From positions 2,350 through 60,025 of the forward strand of contig CAYZHV010000001.1 in NCBI GenBank assembly GCA_964478055.1: a stretch of 57,676 bases of DNA, read 5' to 3'. This document shows, one piece after another, positions 25,237 through 34,172 of this stretch; within the stretch, counting starts at the first letter, position 1, and every line of letters starts with the position of its first letter. The stretch is from an uncultured Spirochaetaceae bacterium (GTDB taxonomy: Bacteria; Spirochaetota; Spirochaetia; DSM-27196; Alkalispirochaetaceae). Position numbers and translations under genes: made by a program. The notes under the pieces were generated by a model. That model did not search any database. It saw only the letters and a list, made by a program, of their open reading frames with translations, and was not told the origin of the DNA.

Positions 25237-26409
25237 TCAAACGAGCCAGATTGCTCCGGCGAGGACCAGGAAAGCGAGAGCCGTGACCGCCCTACTCTCG
25301 GCAGCGTGGCGCTCAAACCAGCGACTGATTCTCTTGGAGCTGACGCCGGTGTAGACAAGAAAGAAGAGAATCAGGAGAGGCGCAACGAAAGCGAGGTTGT
25401 AGAGCAGGAGGGCTCCAATCTCCGCAGGGAGGGTGGCACCGGTCTGGACAAGATAGGCGATCGTCGGCAAATAGAGCTGTCCCGTGCAGGCGAGCTCCAT
25501 AATGGAAACGAGAAACGCCGCCACTATGGTGCCGAGAAAGAGACCCTGCCGCCGAAACCGATCTCGGAGCACAGCGTGTATTCGCTTCTTGTTCTCCGCG
25601 GAGAGCTGCAGGAGCGCTTCTGAGCTTCGCCCTTCTTTTAGAAGCACGGCGTCCCGAATCGCCAGCACACCAAAGACAAGGGCCCCGAGAGAAAAGGCAA
25701 GACGAAAGATGAGCCGAAGCAGGTCGAATCGGACTGCCGCTCGCAGGAGATTGAGCATCCCGAAGCCGAGGGCCAGGTAGGTACCGAAAACCGTGGCGGC
25801 AAAGAGAAGACCGATAAGCAGCACCTCCCGGGAACTCTTACCGAGGAGGGTGAGCAGCGATAGCAAAAAGAGCAGCGTGACAAAGGCGCAAGGGTTTAAT
25901 CCGTCGGCGGCGCCGGCGAGAACGATCGGCAACAACGCGAGTCTTTCTCCGACAAATCTCTCCGGCCCCTGGCTGCTCACCGAACCGTCCAAAGCTTGCG
26001 GCACCTGAGGTCGAAACCGTTCTTCAGACAGGTAATGGTCGATTTCCGCCGAAAGACCTTGGGCGACTGCTTCGCTCCCCTGATAGGCGTTGTTGCCCAC
26101 AAAAAGAACGGGAAAGGTTCGAAAGCCGCGCCCCCTATCAGCGAGCTCGTCCCTGCACTGCTCGTACAGATCAGGGTTCATAATGTCATGGGTTGCCACC
26201 CGAAAACTCACGTTGCGAGTCTCGGCAATATCGGGGAGAGTGCGACTGAGAAAGGTATCGCAGTGGGAGCAGCCGATCTCTCCGTAATAGACGAGGCTTA
26301 TTGTCGCCCGGGAGTCTTCGGTCTCGGGACCCACAAGCCGTTCTCCGGCAAAAAGGGGCGCGACAAGAATAAGAAGTAGCGTTGCATAGGCAAGAGTTTT
26401 CTTTGTCAC
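25237..26409 (-). CDS. Membrane thiol-disulfide oxidoreductase-like protein (periplasmic thioredoxin-fold CxxC domain fused to a DsbD/CcdA-like polytopic domain)
   Basis: 390-aa ORF with a signal peptide and YYGEIGCSHCDTF (CxxC), followed by about 6 TM helices with conserved Cys in ADGLNPCAFVTL and MELACTGQLY. Confidence 0.55.
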   Translation of the reverse strand: MTKKTLAYATLLLILVAPLFAGERLVGPETEDSRATISLVYYGEIGCSHCDTFLSRTLPDIAETRNVSFRVATHDIMNPDLYEQCRDELADRGRGFRTFPVLFVGNNAYQGSEAVAQGLSAEIDHYLSEERFRPQVPQALDGSVSSQGPERFVGERLALLPIVLAGAADGLNPCAFVTLLFLLSLLTLLGKSSREVLLIGLLFAATVFGTYLALGFGMLNLLRAAVRFDLLRLIFRLAFSLGALVFGVLAIRDAVLLKEGRSSEALLQLSAENKKRIHAVLRDRFRRQGLFLGTIVAAFLVSIMELACTGQLYLPTIAYLVQTGATLPAEIGALLLYNLAFVAPLLILFFLVYTGVSSKRISRWFERHAAESRAVTALAFLVLAGAIWLV

Positions 26410-26506
26410 GTGCGGCGAACCTCAGGCGTCTCCCGTATATCGGTTTTCGACCTCTCTGTCTATCGTTTGTTCCCCCCTTCCGCTCCGATGTGATAACCTT
26501 ATCTCT

Positions 26507-27208
26507 ATGCGTTCCTTTAACTGCGTGGTGGTCCAACACGTTCCTTTCGAAGGCCCCGGCCGAATCGGAGAGTGGATGGTAGACCGGGGACACGCAGTAA
26601 AAGAGGTCCATCTCTATCGCGGAGACAACCTCCCCCCTCTAGAAGAGGTAGACTGGGCGGTGCTTATGGGCGGTCCCATGAGCGCAAATGATACGGAGAC
26701 CTACGACTGGCTCGAGGAGGAAATCCTCTGGACCAGACGTCTCATCGAGGCAAGACGCAAGGTCCTGGGGGTCTGCCTGGGCGCGCAGGTCATCGCTCGG
26801 GCCCTGGGATCTCGGGTTTATCCGGCGAGGGAAAAGGAGATCGGCTGGTATCCGATCTTTGTCCACTCCGCGGTTCCCGTGGCTCTGCCTGAGAGTCTGG
26901 AGGTACTGCACTGGCATGGCGAGACCTTTGACCTTCCTCCGGGAGCCGTTAGATGGGCATCCAGTGCGGCGTGCCCGAATCAGGCGTTCTGCTATAACAA
27001 GCGAGTCCTGGGGCTCCAGTTTCATTTGGAGTCCACTTCCGAGGGAATAGCCGAACTGGTCAAGAACAGCGCTTCCGAAATCGGCTCGGGCCGATACCAA
27101 ATGAGCCCGCGGCAGATCCTCGAAGGAGCTGATGAGTTCGTCTTGCGGGAAACCCACCTTCATCTCGACGCTCTACTCGCCTATCTCGAGGGCCAGCCGG
27201 TTGAGTGA
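26507..27208 (+). CDS. Class I glutamine amidotransferase (GATase1)
   Basis: 233-aa ORF with nucleophile elbow VLGVCLGAQ and LQFHLE (His/Glu). Confidence 0.85.
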   Translation: MRSFNCVVVQHVPFEGPGRIGEWMVDRGHAVKEVHLYRGDNLPPLEEVDWAVLMGGPMSANDTETYDWLEEEILWTRRLIEARRKVLGVCLGAQVIARALGSRVYPAREKEIGWYPIFVHSAVPVALPESLEVLHWHGETFDLPPGAVRWASSAACPNQAFCYNKRVLGLQFHLESTSEGIAELVKNSASEIGSGRYQMSPRQILEGADEFVLRETHLHLDALLAYLEGQPVE

Positions 27209-27239
27209 TTTTCCGGGACGCCGGGGTTCTCGCACGGGT

Positions 27240-28454
27240 TTGCCCGGGGCCGGCTCTTTCGGTTCGAGGTGCCGGGACGAAAAGCGCTCTCCGCGCTCTC
27301 TCATCGTGCTCCTCACGATCCTTCTCATGATCCCGCTTCTGCAAGGCTGTCTCTCCGCGCCGGGAGAACTGCGCGCGGCCCCGGAGGTAGAGGGACGCTT
27401 CTACGAGGACCTGAGCTCGAGCTCAGTGCAGGCGCGTATGGAGAGCGAACTCGGCGCGGAAATGGGCGAACAGGAGATTCCGGCTCTGGGAGTCGCCATT
27501 CTCGGGGAGCGGGAACGGATTGAGCTCGCCTTTGGCACCAAAGGACCGCGCCGGGAAGAACTCATTACCGTGGATGCGCAGTTTCGCATCGGGAGCGTCA
27601 CGAAGGTCTACACCGCCGTAGTCATCCTTTCCCTGGTGGAAGAGGAACGGCTCCGTCTCGACCAGCGCGTATCAGGCTGGTTCCCGGAGCTTCCGGAGGC
27701 GGAACGGATCACCATTCGCCATCTGCTGCAGCACGGAAGTGGTGTTGAGGACTACACGTCGAGCCTCTTCTCAGCTCTCGGGACAATGCTTCGACCCAAC
27801 CGCATCTGGGAGCGGGAGCAACTGCTCCGTCGGATTCTGCGGGGTCCGCCGGAGTTCGAGCCGGGAGAAGAGTACGGCTACAGCAATAGTAACTACGTGC
27901 TTCTCGGCCTCATTGCGGAGCGGGTGACCGGGGAGAGCTTCCCCGCTCTTCTAAACCGCTACATAGCTGAGCCTCTTGGGCTCTCTGAGACCTATCTTGC
28001 CCCGATGACGGGCTCAGACCACGAGGGCGTGCTCACCGGATACGATTACGACATCCTCCCCCTGGGGAATCACCGCGTCGAGCCCGATAATAAGGCGTGG
28101 CCGAGTTGGGCATTTACCGCCGGAGGGATGGTGAGTACCCCGGAAGAGATGGCGCTCTTTCTCTCCGCTCTCTTCGAGGGGAGGCTCCTGAATAGGAGCA
28201 CCCTGGAGCAAATGACCGACTACCTCGAGGCGCAGGAAGAGCGGCTCCCGGAGATGACAGGCTACGGTCTCGGTTTGCGGGTCCTGGAACTGCAGGGAGA
28301 GCTCCTCTATGGGCACACCGGGACGATCCCCGGATTTGGCGCGCTTCTATTCTACTGGCCCGCGGAATCGATTACGGTCGCAATGGCCGCGAATCGATCC
28401 GCCATCGACTACTCTGCCCTTCTTTCCGTGGTTGTCCAGGAGCTCCGTAGGTAG
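27240..28454 (+). CDS. Serine hydrolase (class C beta-lactamase / DD-peptidase family), probable lipoprotein
   Basis: Carries the SxxK motif FRIGSVTKVY, the YxN motif YSNSNY and lipobox LLQGC. The track ORF starts at 27132 and would overlap the upstream gene by 77 nt. The in-frame TTG at 27240 is the first start after that gene's stop; the start remains uncertain. Confidence 0.8.
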   Translation: MPGAGSFGSRCRDEKRSPRSLIVLLTILLMIPLLQGCLSAPGELRAAPEVEGRFYEDLSSSSVQARMESELGAEMGEQEIPALGVAILGERERIELAFGTKGPRREELITVDAQFRIGSVTKVYTAVVILSLVEEERLRLDQRVSGWFPELPEAERITIRHLLQHGSGVEDYTSSLFSALGTMLRPNRIWEREQLLRRILRGPPEFEPGEEYGYSNSNYVLLGLIAERVTGESFPALLNRYIAEPLGLSETYLAPMTGSDHEGVLTGYDYDILPLGNHRVEPDNKAWPSWAFTAGGMVSTPEEMALFLSALFEGRLLNRSTLEQMTDYLEAQEERLPEMTGYGLGLRVLELQGELLYGHTGTIPGFGALLFYWPAESITVAMAANRSAIDYSALLSVVVQELRR

Positions 28455-28508
28455 TACGCCCCAGGGGAGGCGGGTGGCGGAAAACACGCTCCTCCGCCCC
28501 CGTCAAGG

Positions 28509-29093
28509 CTATTCGCTAAAGTCGACCTCCGGGGCCTCCCGGGCGGACTCGGGAACCTCGAAGTACTCCTTCTGCTCGAAGCCGAGGGAGTTTGCGATGA
28601 TCGAGGCGGGAAAGCTCCTGATCCGGGTGTTGAAATGCCGAACCGACTCGTTGTACCGACGCCTGGCGACGGCGATGCGGTTCTCGGTTCCGGCGAGCTC
28701 ATCCTGGAGACGGATGAAGTTCTCATTGGAACGGAGCTGCGGGTAATTTTCTACAATCACCAGGAGCCGGCTGAGGGCTGACTGCATCTCACCGTAACTC
28801 TCGGCGGTCTCCTGCACTCCCTGGGCGCCGGCGAGGCGAGAACGAGCCTCGGCGAGGCGGGTAAAAATCTCCTCCTCCTGCTGCGCGAAGCCCCTGACGG
28901 TGTTAACCAGATTGGGGATGAGATCCGCCCTGCGCTGGAGCTGATTGTCTATTTCGGACCAGGACGCTTCGACCTGCTCTTCCATTGCCACCAAACTGTT
29001 TCGGGTCCTGACGTACCAGGATCCAATCAGAAATATGCCGAGAATGATAATCCCGAGCACGATTAGCCAGACGAATCGATTCTCTCTAGCCAT
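28509..29093 (-). CDS. lemA: LemA-family protein
   Basis: 194-aa ORF with an N-terminal TM and WSEIDNQLQRRADLIPNLVNTV, typical of LemA. Confidence 0.9.
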   Translation of the reverse strand: MARENRFVWLIVLGIIILGIFLIGSWYVRTRNSLVAMEEQVEASWSEIDNQLQRRADLIPNLVNTVRGFAQQEEEIFTRLAEARSRLAGAQGVQETAESYGEMQSALSRLLVIVENYPQLRSNENFIRLQDELAGTENRIAVARRRYNESVRHFNTRIRSFPASIIANSLGFEQKEYFEVPESAREAPEVDFSE

Positions 29094-29138
29094 GTTTCCT
29101 CCACACTATACGTTGCAGCTGTTGGTCGAGTTGCCCGT

Positions 29139-29909
29139 CTAGAAGCCTCGGGAGGCACCGCCCCCGCCGAACCCGCCGCCCCCGAATCCAGAGAAGCCTC
29201 CGGAGGGACGTCCTGAGCCGAAGCCACCGCCAAAGAAACCTCTGCCCCCGGTAAGAAAGAGGAGGGGCCAGAAAAGCCTCCCTCCCCCAAAGAAAAAGAG
29301 AAAGATTAGCAGATAGATTATGCGGCCGAGCCCACCGGAGCTTCCCCGGGAGCGGGAAAGTGAACGGGGTTGCTCCTGGGCTCCATACTCCCGCAGGTCG
29401 ACCTGATACGCCTCGGCGATCTCGGCGCTCACCGCCTCCATGCCTCGAAGCAGGCCCGCGCCGTACTGCCCCTCTCGAAGAGCGGGAAGCACTGCTTCAT
29501 CGAGAATTGCCCCGGCGGTTCCGTCGGTAATTGCCCCTTCGAGACCATAACCGACCTCGATTCTCACCCGGCGCTCGCCCATGGCGAGGACGAGAAGGAC
29601 CCCGTTGTCCTCCTCTCCAGAGCCGACTCCCCAAGCTTCCGCCAGGGCGATGGAGTACTGCTCGATCGAGCCATAGGGCTCGATAGACTCCACAACAGCC
29701 ACGGCAAGCTGAGCTCCCGTGGCCCGCTCTAGAGCCTCCGCGAGACGAGTCATCTGCTGCTCCTCGGCGGAGCCAACCACTCCGGCGAAGTCGTTAACGT
29801 AGCCCCGAGGTTGGGGTAGCCCTTCTTGGGCAAAGAGAGCTCCCCCCAGAGTGATCAAGAGGACAAGCGTAACCAGGATCCGTCTCGAGTGCCGGGACTC
29901 TTTGTTCAT
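29139..29909 (-). CDS. TPM-domain (YgcG-like) protein with a Gly-rich C-terminal tail
   Basis: Signal peptide, GYVNDFAGVV...AVAVVESI (TPM domain), a TM helix and a GGGFG-type tail. The ATG at 29909 forms an ATGA overlap with the upstream stop; the alternative ATG at 29921 is 4 codons earlier. Confidence 0.85.
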   Translation of the reverse strand: MNKESRHSRRILVTLVLLITLGGALFAQEGLPQPRGYVNDFAGVVGSAEEQQMTRLAEALERATGAQLAVAVVESIEPYGSIEQYSIALAEAWGVGSGEEDNGVLLVLAMGERRVRIEVGYGLEGAITDGTAGAILDEAVLPALREGQYGAGLLRGMEAVSAEIAEAYQVDLREYGAQEQPRSLSRSRGSSGGLGRIIYLLIFLFFFGGGRLFWPLLFLTGGRGFFGGGFGSGRPSGGFSGFGGGGFGGGGASRGF

Positions 29910-30625
29910 ACAGCTTCCCATCTATCCACGCCTTGTACGAGCTTCGCCAGCTCCAGCACAAGCCGGTGACTCAGTCCCCGCACCTCGAGCTTCTTTCCCT
30001 CTCGCAGGGCAAGAAGCTCTTCAAAGGGCGCGGGATCGAAGGAAAAGTGTTTTGCCAGTATTGGGAGCGCCGCCTCGCCGCTGCGAGCCTCTCTCTCAGG
30101 CTCAACGAGACGGAGAAGCCCCTTGAAAAGCACCTGCAGGGTGCCGTACCAGCGGGGGAGCTCTTTGGAGAGCACCCTCTTTCTGCCCCGGCCGCTAAGT
30201 ACTAGCTGCCTGAGGGAGAAAAGGGAGCCCCGCAACTGCTGCTCCAGCTGCTGACGCAAATGGGTGTCCGAGAATTGAAGTTCTCCGGTCAAGTCACTGC
30301 CGTAGAGGGTAACGTGACGCTCTCGGATGTCGAGATACTCCATGGGAAAGACATCTGCTCCCCTCCGGTACTCCTCTTCCGAGATCACCATCGGAGTAAT
30401 TCGGCGTTTGTTCATCGTGCGCCGCCCCTCTTTCGCGAGCCGCTCGAGAAGCTCAGGTTGCGGTTCATCGAGAAGTATGAGAATGTTCACGTCCGACACG
30501 CCGGGGCGGTAGCTTCCGTCAGCGCCACTGCCGTAGAGAACCACCGAGGTGAGTCGGTCACCGAAAACGCTCTGAACAAGCGGGAGAAACTCGTCCCGAA
30601 TTATGTCTTGGATCGATTTGTTCAT
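29906..30625 (-). CDS. Nucleotidyltransferase-domain protein (Pol-beta superfamily) with a helical C-terminal domain
   Basis: Motif VVLYGSGADGSYRPGVSDVNILILLD (GS...DxD-type). I prefer the ATG at 30625 (MNKSIQDIIRDEF); the upstream part of the track ORF (to 30736) looks like an AT-richer intergenic region. Confidence 0.75.
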   Translation of the reverse strand: MNKSIQDIIRDEFLPLVQSVFGDRLTSVVLYGSGADGSYRPGVSDVNILILLDEPQPELLERLAKEGRRTMNKRRITPMVISEEEYRRGADVFPMEYLDIRERHVTLYGSDLTGELQFSDTHLRQQLEQQLRGSLFSLRQLVLSGRGRKRVLSKELPRWYGTLQVLFKGLLRLVEPEREARSGEAALPILAKHFSFDPAPFEELLALREGKKLEVRGLSHRLVLELAKLVQGVDRWEAV

Positions 30626-30755
30626 ATGTACCCGTACTCTAACGTTGGGGCCCCTTGGGTGCAACAGAAGCATCCACATTACGTCTCTGTAAGAATTCCG
30701 CAATGCTCCGGTAATCCTGCAGTGACAACCTTGCACACAGCAGAGGAGGAGTCAG

Positions 30756-31106
30756 TTGGAATCCGCGTTCGAACATCTTCGGATCTCCGTGATGGAAGAC
30801 AAAGTTAATATAACGCTCCAAGGTGAGAGCGAAAGCATAGAGTTCGGAGGGATAGCTCCCCTCCCCGTAGAGTCCGATGAGATCCCGGCTCAATTCTACA
30901 AGCTCAGCCCCTCGGAACGGCCGGAAGAATACGTCATCACTTTTGAGTTCGAATCTCCGGATGAGCACACTGGTCCCGCCCTTGCCCGACTCGACACAAA
31001 CGTCAGAAATGTGCGACTCCGGCTCCACGACGACGGCTACCTTCTGGAAGGAGAGATATCGAGCTGGATCGCCTACACCGATGCCGTGCGTAGTCGCCTT
31101 TCCTAG
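30756..31106 (+). CDS. Hypothetical acidic protein (116 aa); strand assignment uncertain
   Basis: TTG start with AGAGGAGGAG ending 5 nt upstream. My hand count gives GC3 of about 65% and about 61% purine at codon position 1. The competing antisense ORF 30639..31028 has GC3 falling to about 44% in the part outside the overlap. Confidence 0.45.
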   Translation: MESAFEHLRISVMEDKVNITLQGESESIEFGGIAPLPVESDEIPAQFYKLSPSERPEEYVITFEFESPDEHTGPALARLDTNVRNVRLRLHDDGYLLEGEISSWIAYTDAVRSRLS

Positions 31107-31160
31107 CCCTCGTACGCTCAGAACCCGGAGCCCAAAAGGCCTCCTCAGGTGAAGGAGCGT

Positions 31161-32102
31161 CTATTCCTCCTCCTGAAACGGCTCGAAAAACCCTTCGACT
31201 CCGAGCAGAAGCCTCCGTGCCCGCCAATCAGGTATGAGAAAGACATACTCCGTCGTCGAGGAGACCACTGGATAGAGGTTGTTCTCATCCGGCGGATAGA
31301 GCTCGAGGCGCTCCTGCCCTTCGGTAGTGTCCAGGGTGACCGTGCCAAAAGGGGCCCCATCCGGCCTGTTATCGAGGAAGTTCTGGGCCTGCAGGCTCGC
31401 AAGCTCTTGTAGAAAGCTCTGTATCCGCTCCGGAGCGACACTTTCCGCTCCTTCGACCTGCCAGGTGGCGTCAATCTCTTCCAGGGGAGTCGCATCCTCT
31501 GGTGGTTCGGCGTTTACGATAGCGGTCAAGGTAATGGACGGGGAACCCGATCCCGAGATCGACGCGCTTCGAATAGTCTCCGCCTCGATTGACGCCATGA
31601 GCTTGTTGCGAAACTCCGTCGCCTCCACGCTGGCGCGGTCTTTTACGCGCCTCGGAAGAAGCACCACCTCCGGTCGGCTGTTTACCCTACCGTAGACAGC
31701 GCTCCCGGCGGCGGCGTTCGCGCCCAGGCGCAGGCTGAGCACCTCCGTCCCTTCCTGCGCCAGGGAGAGCTGGTACGCCTCGGCTCCGGTCAGTCCGTAC
31801 TGTTCGTAGTTGGAACGTCCGGAGATCACGTCCACTTCCCCCAGTTCTCGAAGGGAAGTGAGAAGCTCTCCAATCACCTCTTCGTCCCCGGGGTATCGCT
31901 CCGCGCCAACCTGCCAACTATCTCCCTCACGAAGAAGGGTGAGAGTCTCGTCACCCCGGCTAATTGTAATGGTGTCGATACCCTCCGGTACGGCCACAAC
32001 CTCCAGGGTGTTCCTGCGAATCTCCCGAGTCTCCTGAAAGAGAAAAACCAGGGAGAGAACTACAAGCAGGCTTGCAAGCAGAATAGTCTTTCGATACATC
32101 AC
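31161..32102 (-). CDS. DUF4340-domain protein
   Basis: 313-aa ORF with an N-terminal TM and the pattern ITISRGDETLTLLREGDSWQV. It sits in the conserved position after a GldG-like gene. Confidence 0.75.
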   Translation of the reverse strand: MMYRKTILLASLLVVLSLVFLFQETREIRRNTLEVVAVPEGIDTITISRGDETLTLLREGDSWQVGAERYPGDEEVIGELLTSLRELGEVDVISGRSNYEQYGLTGAEAYQLSLAQEGTEVLSLRLGANAAAGSAVYGRVNSRPEVVLLPRRVKDRASVEATEFRNKLMASIEAETIRSASISGSGSPSITLTAIVNAEPPEDATPLEEIDATWQVEGAESVAPERIQSFLQELASLQAQNFLDNRPDGAPFGTVTLDTTEGQERLELYPPDENNLYPVVSSTTEYVFLIPDWRARRLLLGVEGFFEPFQEEE

Positions 32103-34168
32103 GCTGCTCCTTCTCCGGAGAAGTGTTCCTTGATTCGGCGCCGACGAGCTCGGCGACGGGCCCAGATGACCAAGCCCAGGAGAACCACAAGAACGGGCAA
32201 GAGGACCGTGTTCACCACCCGGATGACCGCCCGAACCGACGCGGAAGTTGGCGCCAGGCGGGCCACGCCGAGCCCTTTGCTTCGCAACTCAGCAAAGCCG
32301 GGAGTTCCGTTTAGGTAGTCCACGGTGTTGAAGAGAAAGGTGCCGTTGGGGGTCCGGTTTTGCGGATCAAGGAGTTGGGCGGTCGTGGGCGAAGAGCTTC
32401 CGAGAACAAAGAGCCTTCCTTCCCTCACGCTTTCGAGCAGAAAATCCTCCGCCTGCTCCAGGGCAAGGCCGCTCTCCCCCTCCGCTTCCGGCTGGTCGCC
32501 GATCGGGTCCATATCCACCGGCTCCTCGAAGTAACTCCCGAAGGGACCTTCCACTAGGACCGCGAGGTTCTTTTCCCCGGTCTCAGCGCTGTCCGGAGCT
32601 CCCTGAATCCAGGGGCCCAACTCCTCCGGATCACCGACGGTCCAGGCGTTCGGAGAGCTCTGCAGGAGCACGGTTAGCTCCTGCTCCTCACCGACGGGCT
32701 CAGTCAGAAGCTCCGCGGTATTAAAAAGGATTATGTCCTCCAGTTGCCGGGTTATGACGTTATTTCGATTGAGGGAGTCCCCCTGGAGCAAGGGGGCTTG
32801 AAAGATCTGCTGTCGCCGTCCTCCTTGGGTAGCCACAAAGCTATCCTCGTCGAGGACGATCTGATCGCTCACGGTCACGCCATAATGCGTCAGAAGATCC
32901 TCGAGACCTGTCTCGTTTTGAGCCCAGCTGGGGCGAGCGCCTTGGGCAAGCGCCTGTTGAGGCGGTATTTGTTGAATGTAACTGTCCAGTAGCACCATAA
33001 GAGAGCCGCCACGGAGGAGGAACTGGTCGATCCTGTAGAGCGCCTCCTGGCTATACTGCTCGCTGGGACCGTTGATTACGAGCGTATCAACCCCTTCCGG
33101 CACGCTCGCCTCCCGCAGGTCGACCTCCTCGATTCGGTAGCGCGGGTCGAGAAGCTGCTGGAACGGAAGGGCGCCCCGCTGCCTGTCGTCCAGGGCTTTT
33201 TCGCCGTGGCCCGTTGCGTAGGCGATTACCGGGCTCGAAGAGACCAGCCCCCGCAAACCTTCGGTAAGACGTTCCCGCAGACTTTCCTCAGCCTCCAGTC
33301 GGTAACCGGCAAAGAGCGTTGAGAGTATGCGAACCGGTATTCGCTCGAACCTTTCTCCGTAGGAAAGGATCACTTCGAGGACCGCCTCCCGCTGACCACC
33401 GCCTTCGGTGTCCCAGGTGATACGGTTCATTCCGTACCGGTCGACCAGGGTGTCAATCTCACTGACCGTGCGAACCTCTTCGTAGTTGAACTCTAGCTTT
33501 CCGAAGTTGGCCTCGTTGAGTTCATCAAAGATCCCTTGGACTGTTTCCCGGATCCCATCAAAACCCTCGATCTGAAGCTCCCCGAGAGCGGGAGAGGCGT
33601 AGAGCGTCATTTCCACGGGCTCCACTGCCCCGGCGAGGGTATCAACCTGGGTCACCGCGGACCGGATAGCCATCGTAAGGCGGTACTCCAGCCCAGCCGT
33701 ATCGGTGAGCTCGTTGATTCGCTCCACAACGTTGCCATAGAGCACCGCCGCTCCCATGTAGACGCTCTTCGACTGGAACTGATCCGACCGGACCTCTTGA
33801 ATCTCCACCGGCCGTATTCCGTACTGCTGCGCCTCTTGTTTGCCGGCGTCGGTGGTCACGTCTACGACCTCGTAGCTGAAGTGCTCATTCTCAGCCTGGT
33901 CGTACTCCCTGAGCAGATCGAGGAGGTACTGACGGGCGGAGTTGTAGGGAGCCGGAAGATCGGAAGAAAAGAAGACCTTTACTCGTAGGGGATCCTCGAG
34001 GATCGCGAGACTCTCCCGGCTGACCTGGGAGAGGCTATAGGCGTTCGTGGAGGTCATGTCCGCTCGGAAGAAGAAGTTACTGCTCACCAGATTGAGGGCA
34101 ACCAGCACGAGAACGCCGAGGACCACGTTGATAGTTGTAACAGTGTGTTTGTTCAGCTTGGGAACCAT
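32099..34168 (-). CDS. GldG-like auxiliary component of an ABC-type transport system
   Basis: 689-aa ORF with N- and C-terminal TM helices flanking a large extracytoplasmic domain, lying between an ABC-2 permease and DUF4340. Confidence 0.75.
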   Translation of the reverse strand: MVPKLNKHTVTTINVVLGVLVLVALNLVSSNFFFRADMTSTNAYSLSQVSRESLAILEDPLRVKVFFSSDLPAPYNSARQYLLDLLREYDQAENEHFSYEVVDVTTDAGKQEAQQYGIRPVEIQEVRSDQFQSKSVYMGAAVLYGNVVERINELTDTAGLEYRLTMAIRSAVTQVDTLAGAVEPVEMTLYASPALGELQIEGFDGIRETVQGIFDELNEANFGKLEFNYEEVRTVSEIDTLVDRYGMNRITWDTEGGGQREAVLEVILSYGERFERIPVRILSTLFAGYRLEAEESLRERLTEGLRGLVSSSPVIAYATGHGEKALDDRQRGALPFQQLLDPRYRIEEVDLREASVPEGVDTLVINGPSEQYSQEALYRIDQFLLRGGSLMVLLDSYIQQIPPQQALAQGARPSWAQNETGLEDLLTHYGVTVSDQIVLDEDSFVATQGGRRQQIFQAPLLQGDSLNRNNVITRQLEDIILFNTAELLTEPVGEEQELTVLLQSSPNAWTVGDPEELGPWIQGAPDSAETGEKNLAVLVEGPFGSYFEEPVDMDPIGDQPEAEGESGLALEQAEDFLLESVREGRLFVLGSSSPTTAQLLDPQNRTPNGTFLFNTVDYLNGTPGFAELRSKGLGVARLAPTSASVRAVIRVVNTVLLPVLVVLLGLVIWARRRARRRRIKEHFSGEGAA

Positions 34169-34172
34169 TCGG

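Noticed and set aside
29139-29290. Gly-rich C-terminal tail of the TPM protein and the Gly/Ser-rich tracts elsewhere as possible repeat-encoded novel peptides.
   Set aside because: GGGFG-type tails are a common feature of YgcG/TPM proteins. Only the specific motif shared within the MMPL operon was kept as a finding.
30639-31028. 129-aa minus-strand ORF upstream of the nucleotidyltransferase as a HEPN-like partner.
   Set aside because: It is not listed as a feature because the antisense plus-strand ORF has the better RBS and codon-position statistics. It is kept as an open question in the findings rather than fully dismissed.
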